A stretch of DNA of 64,000 bases from Raja brachyura (taxonomy: Eukaryota), in contig OY740781.1 in NCBI GenBank assembly GCA_963514005.1, positions 176,700,001 through 176,764,000 of the forward strand. The letters run 5' to 3'. Of the stretch, positions 51,676 through 63,914 are shown in pieces. Both the position numbers and the translations under genes were made by a program. Each line of letters opens with the position of its first letter. Within the stretch, counting starts at the first letter, position 1. Below the pieces are notes generated by a model. The model saw nothing but the letters and a program-made list of their open reading frames with translations. It had not been told where the DNA came from and made no database searches.

Positions 51676-51891
51676 TAGACAAAAATGCTGGAGAAACTCA
51701 GCGGGTGAGGCAGCATTTATGGCGCGAAAGAAATAGGCAACGTTTCGGGTCGAAACCCTTCTTCAGTCTGAAGAAGGGTTTCGACCCGAAACGTTGCCTA
51801 TTTCCTTTGCTCCATAAATGCTGCCTCACCCGCTGAGTTTCTCCAGCGTTTTTGCCTACCTTCGACTTCCAGCATCTGCAGTTCCTTCTTA
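51676..51891. mobile_element. Near-perfect fold-back Penelope pLTR element with 17-bp TSD
   Basis: ~90-bp arms centred on cttcag-t-ctgaag (centre 51767). TSD aacattaatgctgggga at 51659-51675 and 51892-51908. Confidence 0.92.
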
Positions 51892-54800
51892 AACATTAAT
51901 GCTGGGGAATTCACCCACATTATATCTGCCATTTTAGAGGGGCAGGGACAGAGATAATATTCTCATACTGTTGCCAGCAGAGATGCGCCATATTTAAATT
52001 AATTAAACTACTTTGTTTATTTAAATAGTTATTTTAAATGTATATAATTATTATAATGTTATTTTTACAATGTATATAATTATTACAATTGTTATTTTCT
52101 TAAAAATGTTAATAATGTGAATATTTTGTAGGTATAAAATATCTCTGAATGTGTCTGAAAATAAGAAAATTTTAGAACTGTATTTTTATAGCTTTTACAG
52201 GGGCATGGTATAATGTCCTGTCAAATAAATCCCCCCCCCCCCCCCCCCCCCCGAATATTTCTGGATCTCCACCTTGTGTTGTAACTTACTCCCAGAGACT
52301 GTGGTACCACGCCATGCAGTACCATTGAGAAGAGAACTGGATTTGTGCATCGTTGGCCTTGGGTGATCCATCTAGGTAGCTATACCTTGTTTTCATAGGA
52401 CAGCAGTAAGTGCTTGTAGCTTTCTGCTGGGTGGAAAATTAGCCCATTACCTCATTAATAAACACTCGACATTCAAACCTTTCTATTGGTGTTATTAAAG
52501 CACATGCTGACAATTGTGTGAGCCTATGGAGGGTCCTGTTCACAGTCTTGCTCCTCGTTACTATCTCTTCTCAAATAGCTACGTAAAGTATCTTAGTGCT
52601 CGCTGAAAAAAATATGGCGGTAAGAACCTGATGCACTTCGTAATTAAACTAGTGCCCCCTTATATATTGAATTGCAAAACTGTGTGGTTAAAAGACAACT
52701 GTACTGCACATGGAAGTGCAGGGAATGGAGGGATATGGATCATGTACAGGCAAATGATATCAGTTTAACTTGGCATTATGTTCAGCACAAACATTGTGGG
52801 CCAAAAGGCCTGCTCCTACTGTTCTACATTCTACGTACTGGCACTGAAATTGAAGATATGTGACAAAAGATGGGAAGCATTGCTAGAATTGAAAGCATGA
52901 AGAAATTGAAGTATCATAATTACACAAACTCCCCCTATCTAAAACGAGTAAACGACTATTTTATTAGAAAAATATTTTTTTATAATTTGCAGTTATAATA
53001 TTGTAGGATGGAAATATTATTGTTCTGTATAAAAATTACCATTCTTCCACATATTACATTTGTGTATTATTTTCTATTAAAAAAACAGCTTTGTCAAAAC
53101 ATCAACCTTGTACTCTGTACCCCCCATCAGACTTTCAAATAAACTGCATTCGGTATTCTTTTATGTGCTTGTCACAAAAAGGTCAAACAATTTATTGACC
53201 ATCATTGGATGCTCTATGTCAATGTTGAAGGAAATATGAGGTAAGGTTATGGCTACTGTTGAGGAGTTCATTGATAATGACATACCTGCCTTCACCAACC
53301 ATTATCCATAGTACAAACTACTTAGGGATAACTGAAAAATCAATATCCTCCGAGTGCTGGCTCCTGCCTTTATCCTGTTTGATTGTCAGCTGCTGTCTGG
53401 GGTCCAATCTGACAAGAAAGAGGCTGTGACTACATGATGCCTTCAAAATATCCAACAATATGGAACAATTCATCAGAACAGTAAATTTTGTTTCCATTCT
53501 CTCCTTATCAATTTGCCTTGGGTGAAGACTGTCTGCATAGTGCATGCTCTCCATTTGAGAATGAATACATACAAACTAAACATACCGCTGCCCTCAGCTG
53601 TAAACCAGGAAATCCAATGACAGTTTAAACAAAACAGAAAGTTGTAACTGTCATAATCTGCATTACACTTTCACGCCAACAAGGGTCTTATCAGTCAGGG
53701 CAAGCCCTGGAACACATAGCTCAAGCATCCCTGAATCAACCAGTCATAAATTTTCACGCATTGTGTGATAAAACACACAAAATGGTAATGAATTTTCAGG
53801 TCCCTTGCATAACACACTACACTTGGAAACATTAAACGAGGGCAAAGAACCACAAAAGAGCTCAGGATTCTTTTAATAGGCTGAAAAGGCACAGGTTGTG
53901 GCAACACATGGTAACTTGTTGAAGTTACATGGTTGAAATGCATCAGAAAAAATGGCTAAAGGGGGAAATTAAAAGTAATCCAAAAATGATAACAAATAAC
54001 AGAAATTTAAAACAGAAAGGTTTTAATAAGTATAGGTGATGTGAGCTAGCATTTTATAAATATAAGCATTAACTATGAGAAATAAACCAAAATGCTGAAA
54101 TCAAATACCTTAAATAATGGTCGTATTATCAAAAGAGGACTTTCTATGTTTTGTCACTATGTCCTTAAATAAAGCTTTAAGGCAAGAGAACTACATTCAG
54201 AACAATTAAGTTCATACTGATCAGACCTGGAAACCAGCAGTTTTAACTTTGCATCTTTATGGAACATTGCCAGACGGATAGTGCAGTGTTTTTATTTACC
54301 ATTCTAAATGACTATCAGGAACCTAGCTTAGAAAGTCTAGAATTAGCAGCACTTAGCTGGACCAGCAGTTTCATCAGCTTGAATTCCCAGAAATCAGCAT
54401 CCAAAAGAGAAAGAAATCTAACAATATATGAAGCTGATGGGATCTGTAGCAGTTCTCAACTGAAAGGTTCATCCACAAGATACGAAAGGCAAAATTATGA
54501 GTCTCAGGAGCCTGGAAAATAACAGTATTTTTCTTAAACTTACCGTGTCACAAAGTACTCCCCCTTCATTCAACAGCTAAATTGATCAACTGAGCTCAAG
54601 CAGTGAATGGACCGTAACTTTTCATTGTTGTAAAGATTCATTAAACAATCCAAGTTTTACCATAGTTTACTGTAATAAAGCACTCCATGAAAATTATGGG
54701 GTAAAAAGTAACTGTAATTGATAGAGACTTTAAAAAAAATTCTGATCCAATTTTTGCAGTTACAACTTAATGATGACTTATGCTTCTGTTTAAATACCTG

Positions 54801-56059
54801 TCCCGTTGTGTGCACATCTGATAGTCAAAGGAAAGGTTGTGGACAGTGTCCAGCCAGCAGCCAGATCACTCTGAAGCAGTCACAGCCATGGATCAAACAT
54901 TTTACATAATCTCCAGGACAACATAAAACCCACCTTCACCACTGAGCTGACAGGGAGGTGAGTATAAAACTAAAACTTTTAAAGGCTACAGATAGTAAGG
55001 AAAGATCTAAAAAATATATACAAAAGCACTGGTAAACTCTGGAACCCTACACCAAAAATGCAAAGCAACCAACGTAAAAACATATATTGGAAATGGCATC
55101 ATAAAAAAAATTACATAACTTCAGCTGCTAAAGATGTTTTCTCAGGAAAATATTTTAATGATACACAAAAAAACAAACTATTAGCACTGAACTAAACACA
55201 AGACTAAATGATTCAAATCAGCCACACTGCACAATAAAAACATGCTAATGAGGCGTTACATTTGCTAATAGATACTTTTTAAAAGACATTTTTCTCTAAA
55301 GATTTCAAACAAATTAGTAATAGCAATCAATGGCTCCGGAAGAGAATCAAATCTAATTTATGTAGGGATTCTCCATACAACAATAAAATGTTTTAAATTT
55401 GTGTATTTAAAATGATTACATAAAAAGGTTCTTATCCTAAACCTGAAATCAATTATGTGCCAATGACTAACCTCTAACCTATATTTGCATGTCTATGTAT
55501 ATTTGTAACACCTCCGTATAAAATCAAAAACACAAACACCTCCAACTTAATGTAAGATCAAAAGTAATCATTTACCCGCACTGCTGCAAATTTGCCATTA
55601 ATGAGAAAACTAATCTGACGGTAAATTGCTTCTTTTCAACAAAATTACTCATTTATTCCACTGGTATATAAATATTTTATCCAACATGCAAGTACAACTC
55701 AAGTGGTGACTTAGATTGTTAGCAACTCACAGCATAAGACATATAGAGCGTTGTGAATATAACCCACGTTTGCATAAAAAAATGAGTAACTTTGACAATT
55801 CCTTGTGCTATTACAGTCAGAAGCCAGTAAATTTGCAGGAACCAGTTATTTGCAGTATTCTGGCTGAAAAATGGGTGTTGTACAGAATAGCTAAGCATGC
55901 AAAATTGTGATGGATAAGTAGGACTGAAGAGGCAGAACATGGGCAGCATCAGGCTAGATAATATCAAGTTTATATCGGGTGAAAAGGCAGATATTGAAAA
56001 AAAACAACATAGATGAATCAACTAAAGACTTCCCGCAAAAGCACAAGTCAGCCCTGTCA

Positions 56060-56700
56060 ACCCATGAAATCAATGGCAGAAATTGTTTCTCCCACTTACA
56101 CATCCAATCTCAATTTTCTTTGATTCCCATAATCCTAATTATCTACTAGTTTCAGTAAACAACTTGAGCATCCAGAGCCCTCAAGATAGAGGATTTCAAA
56201 AGTTCACAAACTCTTCATGGAAGAAATGTCTCATGACTTTATGATATGCCCCAATTTTCAACTCTCCAGACTGAAGAAACAGCCTCTTAGCATCTACCTT
56301 GTCAAGGCCTTGTTTAATCCTTTATGTTTGAATGATGCTATCTCTAATTCTCCTGAATTTAGTACTAGCTCTCCTTTTAATTCAACCTTCTAGTTCAAGG
56401 CATTAATCCAGTAAATGTATAATTTGCTACCAGGTGCATCTTCGCTAAGGAAAATAAATTAAAACTTCATATGGTACTCCAGAGAGATACCAAAGGTTGG
56501 AGTAACTCAATGGGTCAGGCAGCATCTCTGGAAAAAGGGAATAGGTGATGTTTTGGATTGAGACCCTTCTTAGACAGGGTCCCACCAAAGTGCTGCACAG
56601 CTCTCCTCCTTGCTCCTAAAATTCAAAACCCTGGTAGAAATGGTTAACGTACTTTTTACATTACTAATTGCTTGCTGTACCTGCTTATTAATTTTGCTTT
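56060..56700 (-). mobile_element. Very old CR1 3' relic containing a solo pLTR fragment (~56495-56575)
   Basis: gcatctaccttgtcaag and ctaattgcttgctgtacctgc; insert ggagtaactcaatgggtcaggcagcatctctgg...cccttcttaga. Confidence 0.55.
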
Positions 56701-59000
56701 ATGTTTCAGCATTCCCAGATGCAAACATAGATGTAAATGCTTTGTTGGATTATACTGTGAAGAGGAGAATAGATGGTAGTGATGAAGGTACAATGTAATC
56801 AAACTACATCCCAGGTCTTATATGACATCAAGACTATGACAACTTTGCCACAGTTTAATTCGGTTGCCAGAATGAGGGATTTTGAATTGAATTGAGTCAA
56901 TGGTATCCAAAGCCAATGTAAAATGAGTTGTTGACAAAGAGGAAAGTAATGTTTTAATCCAAAAACGAATAATTCCTCAATAGTCTCTCCACATAGTATT
57001 ATACTATAAATGACAGACATAGTTCACAAGATCCAGATCCACAAGATTTACATGAAAACACAAGTAGTTATATTAGCAGTGTTCAGATGTCTAAATGCTG
57101 CAACATACCCTAAAAGCATGCATGTTAAAACTGTACCTTAAATTAAAAAATCCCATAGCATTTAAAATCAAAATTAAAAATTATTTTCTTTGCCAGATAT
57201 AATGCCTAACAAAAATCTTTTCTAATAACTTAACTGGAAATTCTGCAAATAAATCACTATTATACATTTAAAATTGACATTTTTGCATTTTAAAAGTCTA
57301 AGATATTAAATGAAATTTACAATGAAAAGCTATATGACTAGTTGGCCAAGTCCCCTGCTGTGAAAACAAGTGGTTTTCCCACAGCTTCTTGTCTAGCCTT
57401 CATATAGCGAGAAGTCAGTTTACACAGATTTGATTTGCGATGTTAGCAAATGGAAATTAAAAGCTTAGCCATGAACAACTGCAAACTTAAATTTATCAAT
57501 TATATAGCATTGTTGTATATTCCCACAACCAATATTGATATTGCAACAAATTTTATTTTGTATTTTGCACATTATTCCTGTCGTCATAAAACAGATAATT
57601 TTAAAAAGTACTATGGCATCAGCCACGGCTCCATGAGTTCGACCCATGCTTCTCAATCAAAAAGGCAGAGGTATGAACCCAACTTCAGGGAACTTACATT
57701 AAAAAATATAACCTGGATTCAAGTGCAGTGTGGAGGGAAAATTACATTTATCAGAGATGCTATATTTCGGATGGGTCATAAAAGTGGGGCCTCTTTTGCT
57801 TTTGAAATAGATCTTCATGCAGTCTTCTGAAATTGAGCAGTTATCCCTTATGCTCTGGACACTATTAACCATGAATTCAAAATGTAGATGATCTGGTCAT
57901 TATCACATTGTTGTTTGAGAAAAGTTGTTATGCACAGATTGGAAGCTACACTTTATTGCAATAATAATTATATTTCAAGAAATATATTAATTACATAACA
58001 AGTTAGGACTTCTTAAGGCCTATTTTATATTAATTAAATTCATAATTGGGCACATATTTTGCATCAAATGATAGTATATGGTATCATTTATTGCCACTTC
58101 TGGTTTTATTTAAAAAAACGTTTTATTTGAAATACGTAGGAATGTTTTTCAATGCTCAGAGTTTCTGGCTTTGGCAAAAACGCAATATGCAATATACAAA
58201 TGATTACATGTTCCCATTCTTAAACGTTGTTTTGGAGATTTAAAAAAAGCCAAATGTCTGGCATAAATGAAGTGTGCTAGGTATCTCAGCGTATTGTGAT
58301 GTGAAACAATAAGTTTCTATCAATGTTATTGTTAGCACTGTACAAAAAGTATTTTATACTTGTGGCTTATATCTCTGTCTACCATAGCACAGGAAAAATT
58401 ATACTCAAATTATGCATTTTAGTTAATGTTTTATACTCATAAAATGTTACATTATAAGAGATGTGGTCATATGGTAACCTGATTTTGCATGAATGTATGC
58501 ATCTCTAAGAACCTTAAAAATGCTTTGTGTTTATTTAAATTTACTTTGTAACCTAAAGTTCAGTAGATTTACTTTATCACAACCTAAATACGCAGTAATT
58601 TTTAAACACAAAACTAAGTTCATATGACTGAATAAAATATAATGCATCACAACTTTTAACTAATCCAAATGTACTATATTTATGAAAACGATGAATTTGA
58701 TGCTGCACATGAAATTAATTGTTTTACATTTTACCATTCATTCAATTATTTTAATGTAACTACTGCTGATGTAAACTGGTGCATGAATCATGTAATTGTG
58801 CAAAGATACCATCTTTATGTCAACACGAAAGAGAAAAGTATGATTGACCTTCAGATAATGCACCCACAGTTGCTAAAGATTAAGTAGTGGGTATACTACA
58901 GTACCTATAAAGTATTAGATCAGAAAATAATTTATTTTGAAGAATAGTTTCAAAGGATGGACGTAGATTGCAATAGTATTCACACAAAGGAACCAGCTAT

Positions 59001-59900
59001 ATTTAAAAGTGCTTTCATCCCTGCTATAATACACACCATAACACAGTATAATAAATTTCAAAACCTATAAAGCAGGAAAGAAAAAAAGTTCAGAAATGCA
59101 ACAGCATATCTGCAGAAGCTAATCAGTTAAATTTTGAAGATCAACTTCACCCAAGGAACATAAAAGCAGTTTGACAGACAATAATCCATGCTTCTGGTTT
59201 ACTACTATTCAAAGATGTGTAAAAATGGACAAATGTGCATTTAAACAATAAACTGGAGTAAGAATTGCAAGTTATAGCAATCAAAAACTGCCAACAAAAA
59301 ATTAATTAGGATTGTCCAGAATTCAATAATCATTTAGTTGTTTTGCCTGTGTCCTTATCATTGAAATGTCTGCAAATCAAAACGGTTTTAAGGCGGCAAT
59401 ATAGTCTAAATCAGTTCACCCCTTTAAAAAACACCCCATAGTATTTAATAGCATCCTTTTCTTCTTTTGGAAGCCCAAAAGTAATTGCAATAAAGATAAT
59501 TATATTTCCATACCGACTTTAAACTAGGGTTTAGTCATGTTATTCTTTATTTAAAATAATTGCTAATTAAACAAATAAAGATAAATGTAAGTACGGTATT
59601 CAAATTTCTTTATCTGGATGGTCAAAAACATCTAAATGTATCAGGATTATTACGGTATAATCGTGCCAGTTAAAAGGATATCAATAGGTTAAAATATCGT
59701 AGCAATTCCTGTTCAGCCTAAGTAACTGGAGTGTATGTGTGTGTATGGGACGAGAGTGTATGCGTGCGTGGGTGTTGGGTGGGAGTTTAATGGGACGGTT
59801 GCTTTGTTTACATGTTAGCTTCATCTCACGCTCCTCTGGATTTCTAAGCATTTAAAGGTGCTGCTCGTCCCTGCTATAATACACACCATAACACAGTGTA
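59001..59900 (+). repeat. Pair of dispersed ~50-bp direct repeats, 850 bp apart
   Basis: Identical 30-mer tccctgctataatacacaccataacacagt at 59018-59047 and 59868-59897. Confidence 0.9.
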
Positions 59901-61639
59901 AGCTAAACAAACACATTGTCGAACAACTGGAGAGAAAGTCCAGCCGACCATAATGTATTTACTGCCAGGGAGCAGACCTACTCCTCCCCAGGCTTATTAG
60001 CTGAAGTATGATGAGAGGTGGTAAAGAGTGAATGCAGTTCAATTCATTGAGGGCTTTCAAGTACCTCTCAAGATGGAGAGCTTGTTTCTGCTTCTGTCTT
60101 CCTCACTCATTCTCTGTACACTGAATCCGGTTCTAGCGGCCTGACAATCTCTATTTAATGCACCCTCAAGGAAGTGCTGATGGACTCAAAAACCAACATC
60201 ACGCTAAAGAGTGGCAAAGCTCTTCAATTACAGCTTCTGATAGGGCCGTCTTTAATTATTCATGCTAAGACCGCTTTCATAGGATTTGTGCCGATGATGA
60301 TTTCATGGCAATATGGTAACAGTTCAAAGGCTAGCACACCTTTAAATAAAAAGGGGTTCTCAGTGTCGATTCCTTCAAGTATTTAATATTCTTTTCTACT
60401 TAACCTTACACCAACATAATACCGTGAATTTGGGACTGCTAAATGAAGTGCATTCAGAGGAGCCATTATGTACCGTGAAAATCCGTAATGAAAAGTGCGA
60501 TTAAGGATGGATACTTTGGTTGAAGGGCCCGTCAATTAATTGACGCCCCAATGAAAACGATGGACTAAATCGTTTGGATGTGAGTTGCAGAATCGTGAGG
60601 AACGCCCAAACATCGCTGCGGAAATAAATTACAGGGACTAAAACTAACCAACCGTCGTAAATAATTCGTAGCAGATTTGCTTTCGTGCCCAACATTGTGT
60701 ACACATTTTAAAGGCTGTAATTTCGCCTTTGAGTTATTATTGAGGACCACCTTTAAAATCGAAAAGCACCCTGTGAATTTGTTCCGCACCCGTCATATAG
60801 TCTGTTCATTGGAAGCGTGGGCTCCACGCTCCGCCGACAGTCGTCAGCTGGAAATATTCAGCCGCGCATCAGGCAGTAACAACGTGGCTGGATAATGTAA
60901 GAATCATTTTTATCAGAATACTGATGAAACAAGTCGGTGTAAACGATTTCAGATACATTTATTCAGCGAAAATAAGCTGGCTGGAAAGTGAGGCCGCCGA
61001 CCTGTTCCGGGTTAAGGATATACCCGCAGAAAGCCTAGTGTCGTGATCACGAACTGAAAGCACCAGCCCGTTTTGGAAGGGAACGGGAAAGACCTCTGTC
61101 AGATTAGTAAAGTTTGACCTTGATTGGAACAGCCGCCGCTCTTCGCTCAGTCCAATGCCAGTATTGAATTCTTCAATATACACTGTTGAACCGCAAATAT
61201 AAGTTCGGCCCTAATTTGATACATCACTTATACGCACACCAGCTCCATATTAGGGTCAAACTAAAAAAGGATATTCAAGTTTAATGTCATGTGTACAAGT
61301 AAGTACTTCCAAAGATTGTTCATATCCATTTGTTTCCGTGCCGGAACATTCACGCGAACAGATGAAAACTGCAAGCCCGTCGAACGGAGCTGAATTCATC
61401 TGTTTAATTTTCAAGTCTGTAATCACATACGAAAGGGCATTTCCAATGTACACAATTCCGGATTTATAATGTATTTCATCTTGTTTTCATTTATGGCCGC
61501 GTTCGCGATATTTGTGTACTTTTAACAATAAATTCAGCGTTTAGCTTTGGTATCGATGCTCTCAAATTACTGCAATTATAGATCATTTTGAAATTTCCCT
61601 GATGGTTATGTGCAAAATGAATATAGGTAGGGGACTGGT

Positions 61640-61900
61640 CTAAAGGAGTGAGTGAGTGAGTGAGGCGGCCGCTGGCCCTGCCCGCATTGCAAGATGTGGC
61701 AGCCGCGGCCACTTGCCTTTCTCTACCCCGCTGTGTCCAATCTCCGAGCCCGCAGATACTATTCGTCCCCGGTTTGACAGCTCGCCGCCGATTGGGACAA
61801 AGTAGCAGCACGTGTACGGCGGGTTCAGCCTCCCGGCACCCAGGGCGCATGCCCAGGCCGGCGGGGACCATTCATAAACTAAACTCTTACACACTTCCTG
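61640..61900 (+). promoter_or_regulatory. Putative mab21l2 CpG-rich proximal promoter
   Basis: GC/CpG peak with CCAAT (61737), reverse CCAAT (61791), E-box cacgtg (61809), gggcgcatgccc (61843) and TATA-like cataaa (61873). The TSS is inferred. Confidence 0.65.
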
Positions 61901-61950
61901 AGCGTGGGGAAAAGTGGCCACAGGAATAAAAACAGTCAAACTCGGGTGCT

Positions 61951-61996
61951 GAGAGAGAGAGAGAGTGAGAGAGAGAGCGAGAGAGAGCGAGAGAGA
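61951..61996 (+). repeat. Imperfect (GA)n microsatellite in the putative 5' UTR
   Basis: gagagagaga...gagagcgagagaga. Confidence 0.9.
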
Positions 61997-62275
61997 AATG
62001 AATGTTAACAGACACATTTCTCCACTTTTATCGTTTCACAACAACAGCAATCGCATCTGATTTAAACAAGATATTCTGAAGAAACCAGTTACTGATTTCC
62101 GAGGACTTGGTTGACATCTGTATTTTGTCTCCCTCACTTTTCTCGCACCCTCCAACCCATTACATTCAATGCACTTGTTTCAAATTTGCGCCAGTTAAAA
62201 ACGGAACACCGGTAAGCATTGGATCCATCAACCTATTGCGAGACTCCGGTATATAGCCCGGACCTGAGTCCCAAC

Positions 62276-63355
62276 ATGATCGCGGCTCAAGCCAAGCTGG
62301 TCTATCAGCTGAACAAGTACTACAACGAGCGGTGCCAGGCTAGGAAAGCCGCGATCGCTAAGACCATTCGAGAGGTGTGCAAAGTGGTCTCCGATGTCCT
62401 TAAGGAAGTGGAAGTCCAAGAGCCCCGCTTCATCAGCTCACTTAGCGAGATCGAAACGCGCTTCGAGGGGTTGGAAGTGATCGCTCCAACAGAATTTGAG
62501 GTAGTCCTTTACCTGAATCAAATGGGGGTCTTCAACTTCGTGGACGATGGTTCTCTGCCTGGCTGCGCTGTGCTAAAACTGAGCGATGGGCGCAAGAGGA
62601 GCATGTCGCTTTGGGTCGAATTTATAACAGCTTCGGGCTATCTGTCAGCCCGGAAGATCCGTTCCAGATTTCAAACCCTGGTAGCACAGGCAGTGGACAA
62701 ATGCAGTTATCGAGATGTGGTGAAGATGGTGGCGGATACGAGCGAGGTAAAACTAAGAATCAGGGAGCGTTACGTGGTGCAGATCACGCCAGCTTTCAAA
62801 TGCACGGGCATCTGGCCCAGGAGTGCGGCTCAGTGGCCCATGCCACACATCCCCTGGCCCGGTCCGAATCGGGTGGCCGAAGTTAAGGCTGAAGGCTTCA
62901 ACCTCCTGTCCAAAGAATGCTACTCCCTGACGGGAAAGCAGAGCTCAGCCGAGAGCGACGCTTGGGTTTTACAGTTCGGCGAAGCTGAGAACAGGCTACT
63001 GATGGGAGGCTGCAGGAAAAAGTGCTTATCCGTTTTGAAGACTTTGCGAGATCGACACCTCGAGTTGCCAGGGCAGCCCCTCAATAACTACCATATGAAG
63101 ACACTACTGCTGTACGAATGCGAGAAACACCCCAGAGAAACCGACTGGGACGAGTCATGCCTCGGTGACCGCCTCAACGGCATTCTGCTCCAACTCATCT
63201 CCTGTCTTCAGTGCCGGAGATGTCCTCATTACTTTCTTCCAAACCTAGATCTTTTCCAAGGAAAACCTCATTCCGCTCTGGAAAGCGCGGCTAAACAGAC
63301 ATGGCGATTGGCGAGAGAAATTCTTACCAACGCAAAAAGCCTCGATAAGCTATAG
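62276..63355 (+). CDS. mab21l2: Protein mab-21-like 2 (359 aa, intronless; cGAS/Mab-21 nucleotidyltransferase fold)
   Basis: MIAAQAKLVYQLNKYY...AREILTNAKSLDKL. Residues recalled as L2-type rather than L1-type: VYQLNK, SLSEI, RIRERY, AAQWPMPHIPW, CYSLTGK, QFGEAENRLLMGG, SLDKL. ATG at 62276. Confidence 0.97.
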   Translation: MIAAQAKLVYQLNKYYNERCQARKAAIAKTIREVCKVVSDVLKEVEVQEPRFISSLSEIETRFEGLEVIAPTEFEVVLYLNQMGVFNFVDDGSLPGCAVLKLSDGRKRSMSLWVEFITASGYLSARKIRSRFQTLVAQAVDKCSYRDVVKMVADTSEVKLRIRERYVVQITPAFKCTGIWPRSAAQWPMPHIPWPGPNRVAEVKAEGFNLLSKECYSLTGKQSSAESDAWVLQFGEAENRLLMGGCRKKCLSVLKTLRDRHLELPGQPLNNYHMKTLLLYECEKHPRETDWDESCLGDRLNGILLQLISCLQCRRCPHYFLPNLDLFQGKPHSALESAAKQTWRLAREILTNAKSLDKL

Positions 63356-63893
63356 TAGAACTTGCATTCCCAGCAAACCGATTTTAACAATTATTGCAAG
63401 GCACAGAATTGAACTTACTAGATGATTAAAACAAAATACTTTAAAAGAAGCAAACGGACTTGACGTGAAACAGATTCAAGGTACATTTTAAACTAAATGT
63501 GACTGTTTTGTTTAGATGTTGTCAGCCTGTGAGGAACCTTTATTTAAGTCTGCACCGTCTTTTAAAGGCCAAGAAAATTTCAGTTGTGAAATGTATTTTG
63601 CGTGCCAACCCCGTGCCCCCAAAGGAAACATGTAATAATGGTAATAAAAGTATTTACCTTACCTGCACTTTTTGTCAGTTAATTCACATCTGAATAGATT
63701 TGTTTGGTTATATCATATTTTATCGTGCTTCGGAAATTGCTATTTCGATTACATTTTCCCCACACAGGTAGGAAACAGATATAAAATGGCTTCGCTCAAT
63801 CTTAATGTCTTTTTTAACTACAAGAATTTAGGGAATGTTAATTATTTTATTTCCTGCACATTCATTTCAATGTCATTTATATTTAACAGTATA

Positions 63894-63914
63894 ATTAAAG
63901 CTGTACATAATAAA
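63894..63914 (+). promoter_or_regulatory. Candidate mab21l2 polyadenylation signals
   Basis: attaaa (63894) and aataaa (63909) followed by a T-rich tract. A further aataaa lies at 63643. Confidence 0.55.

Noticed and set aside
11337-52252. Long C/G homopolymers (11337, 24807, 33731, 37206, 52231)
   Set aside because: Most lie within repeats and their lengths are unreliable in assemblies; no function can be supported.
62219-63355. 378-aa ORF as the primary CDS, or assignment to mab21l1 or a cGAS/CBASS system
   Set aside because: The family-standard start is the ATG at 62276 (the extension is kept only as a hypothesis), diagnostic residues fit L2, and there is no bacterial operon context.
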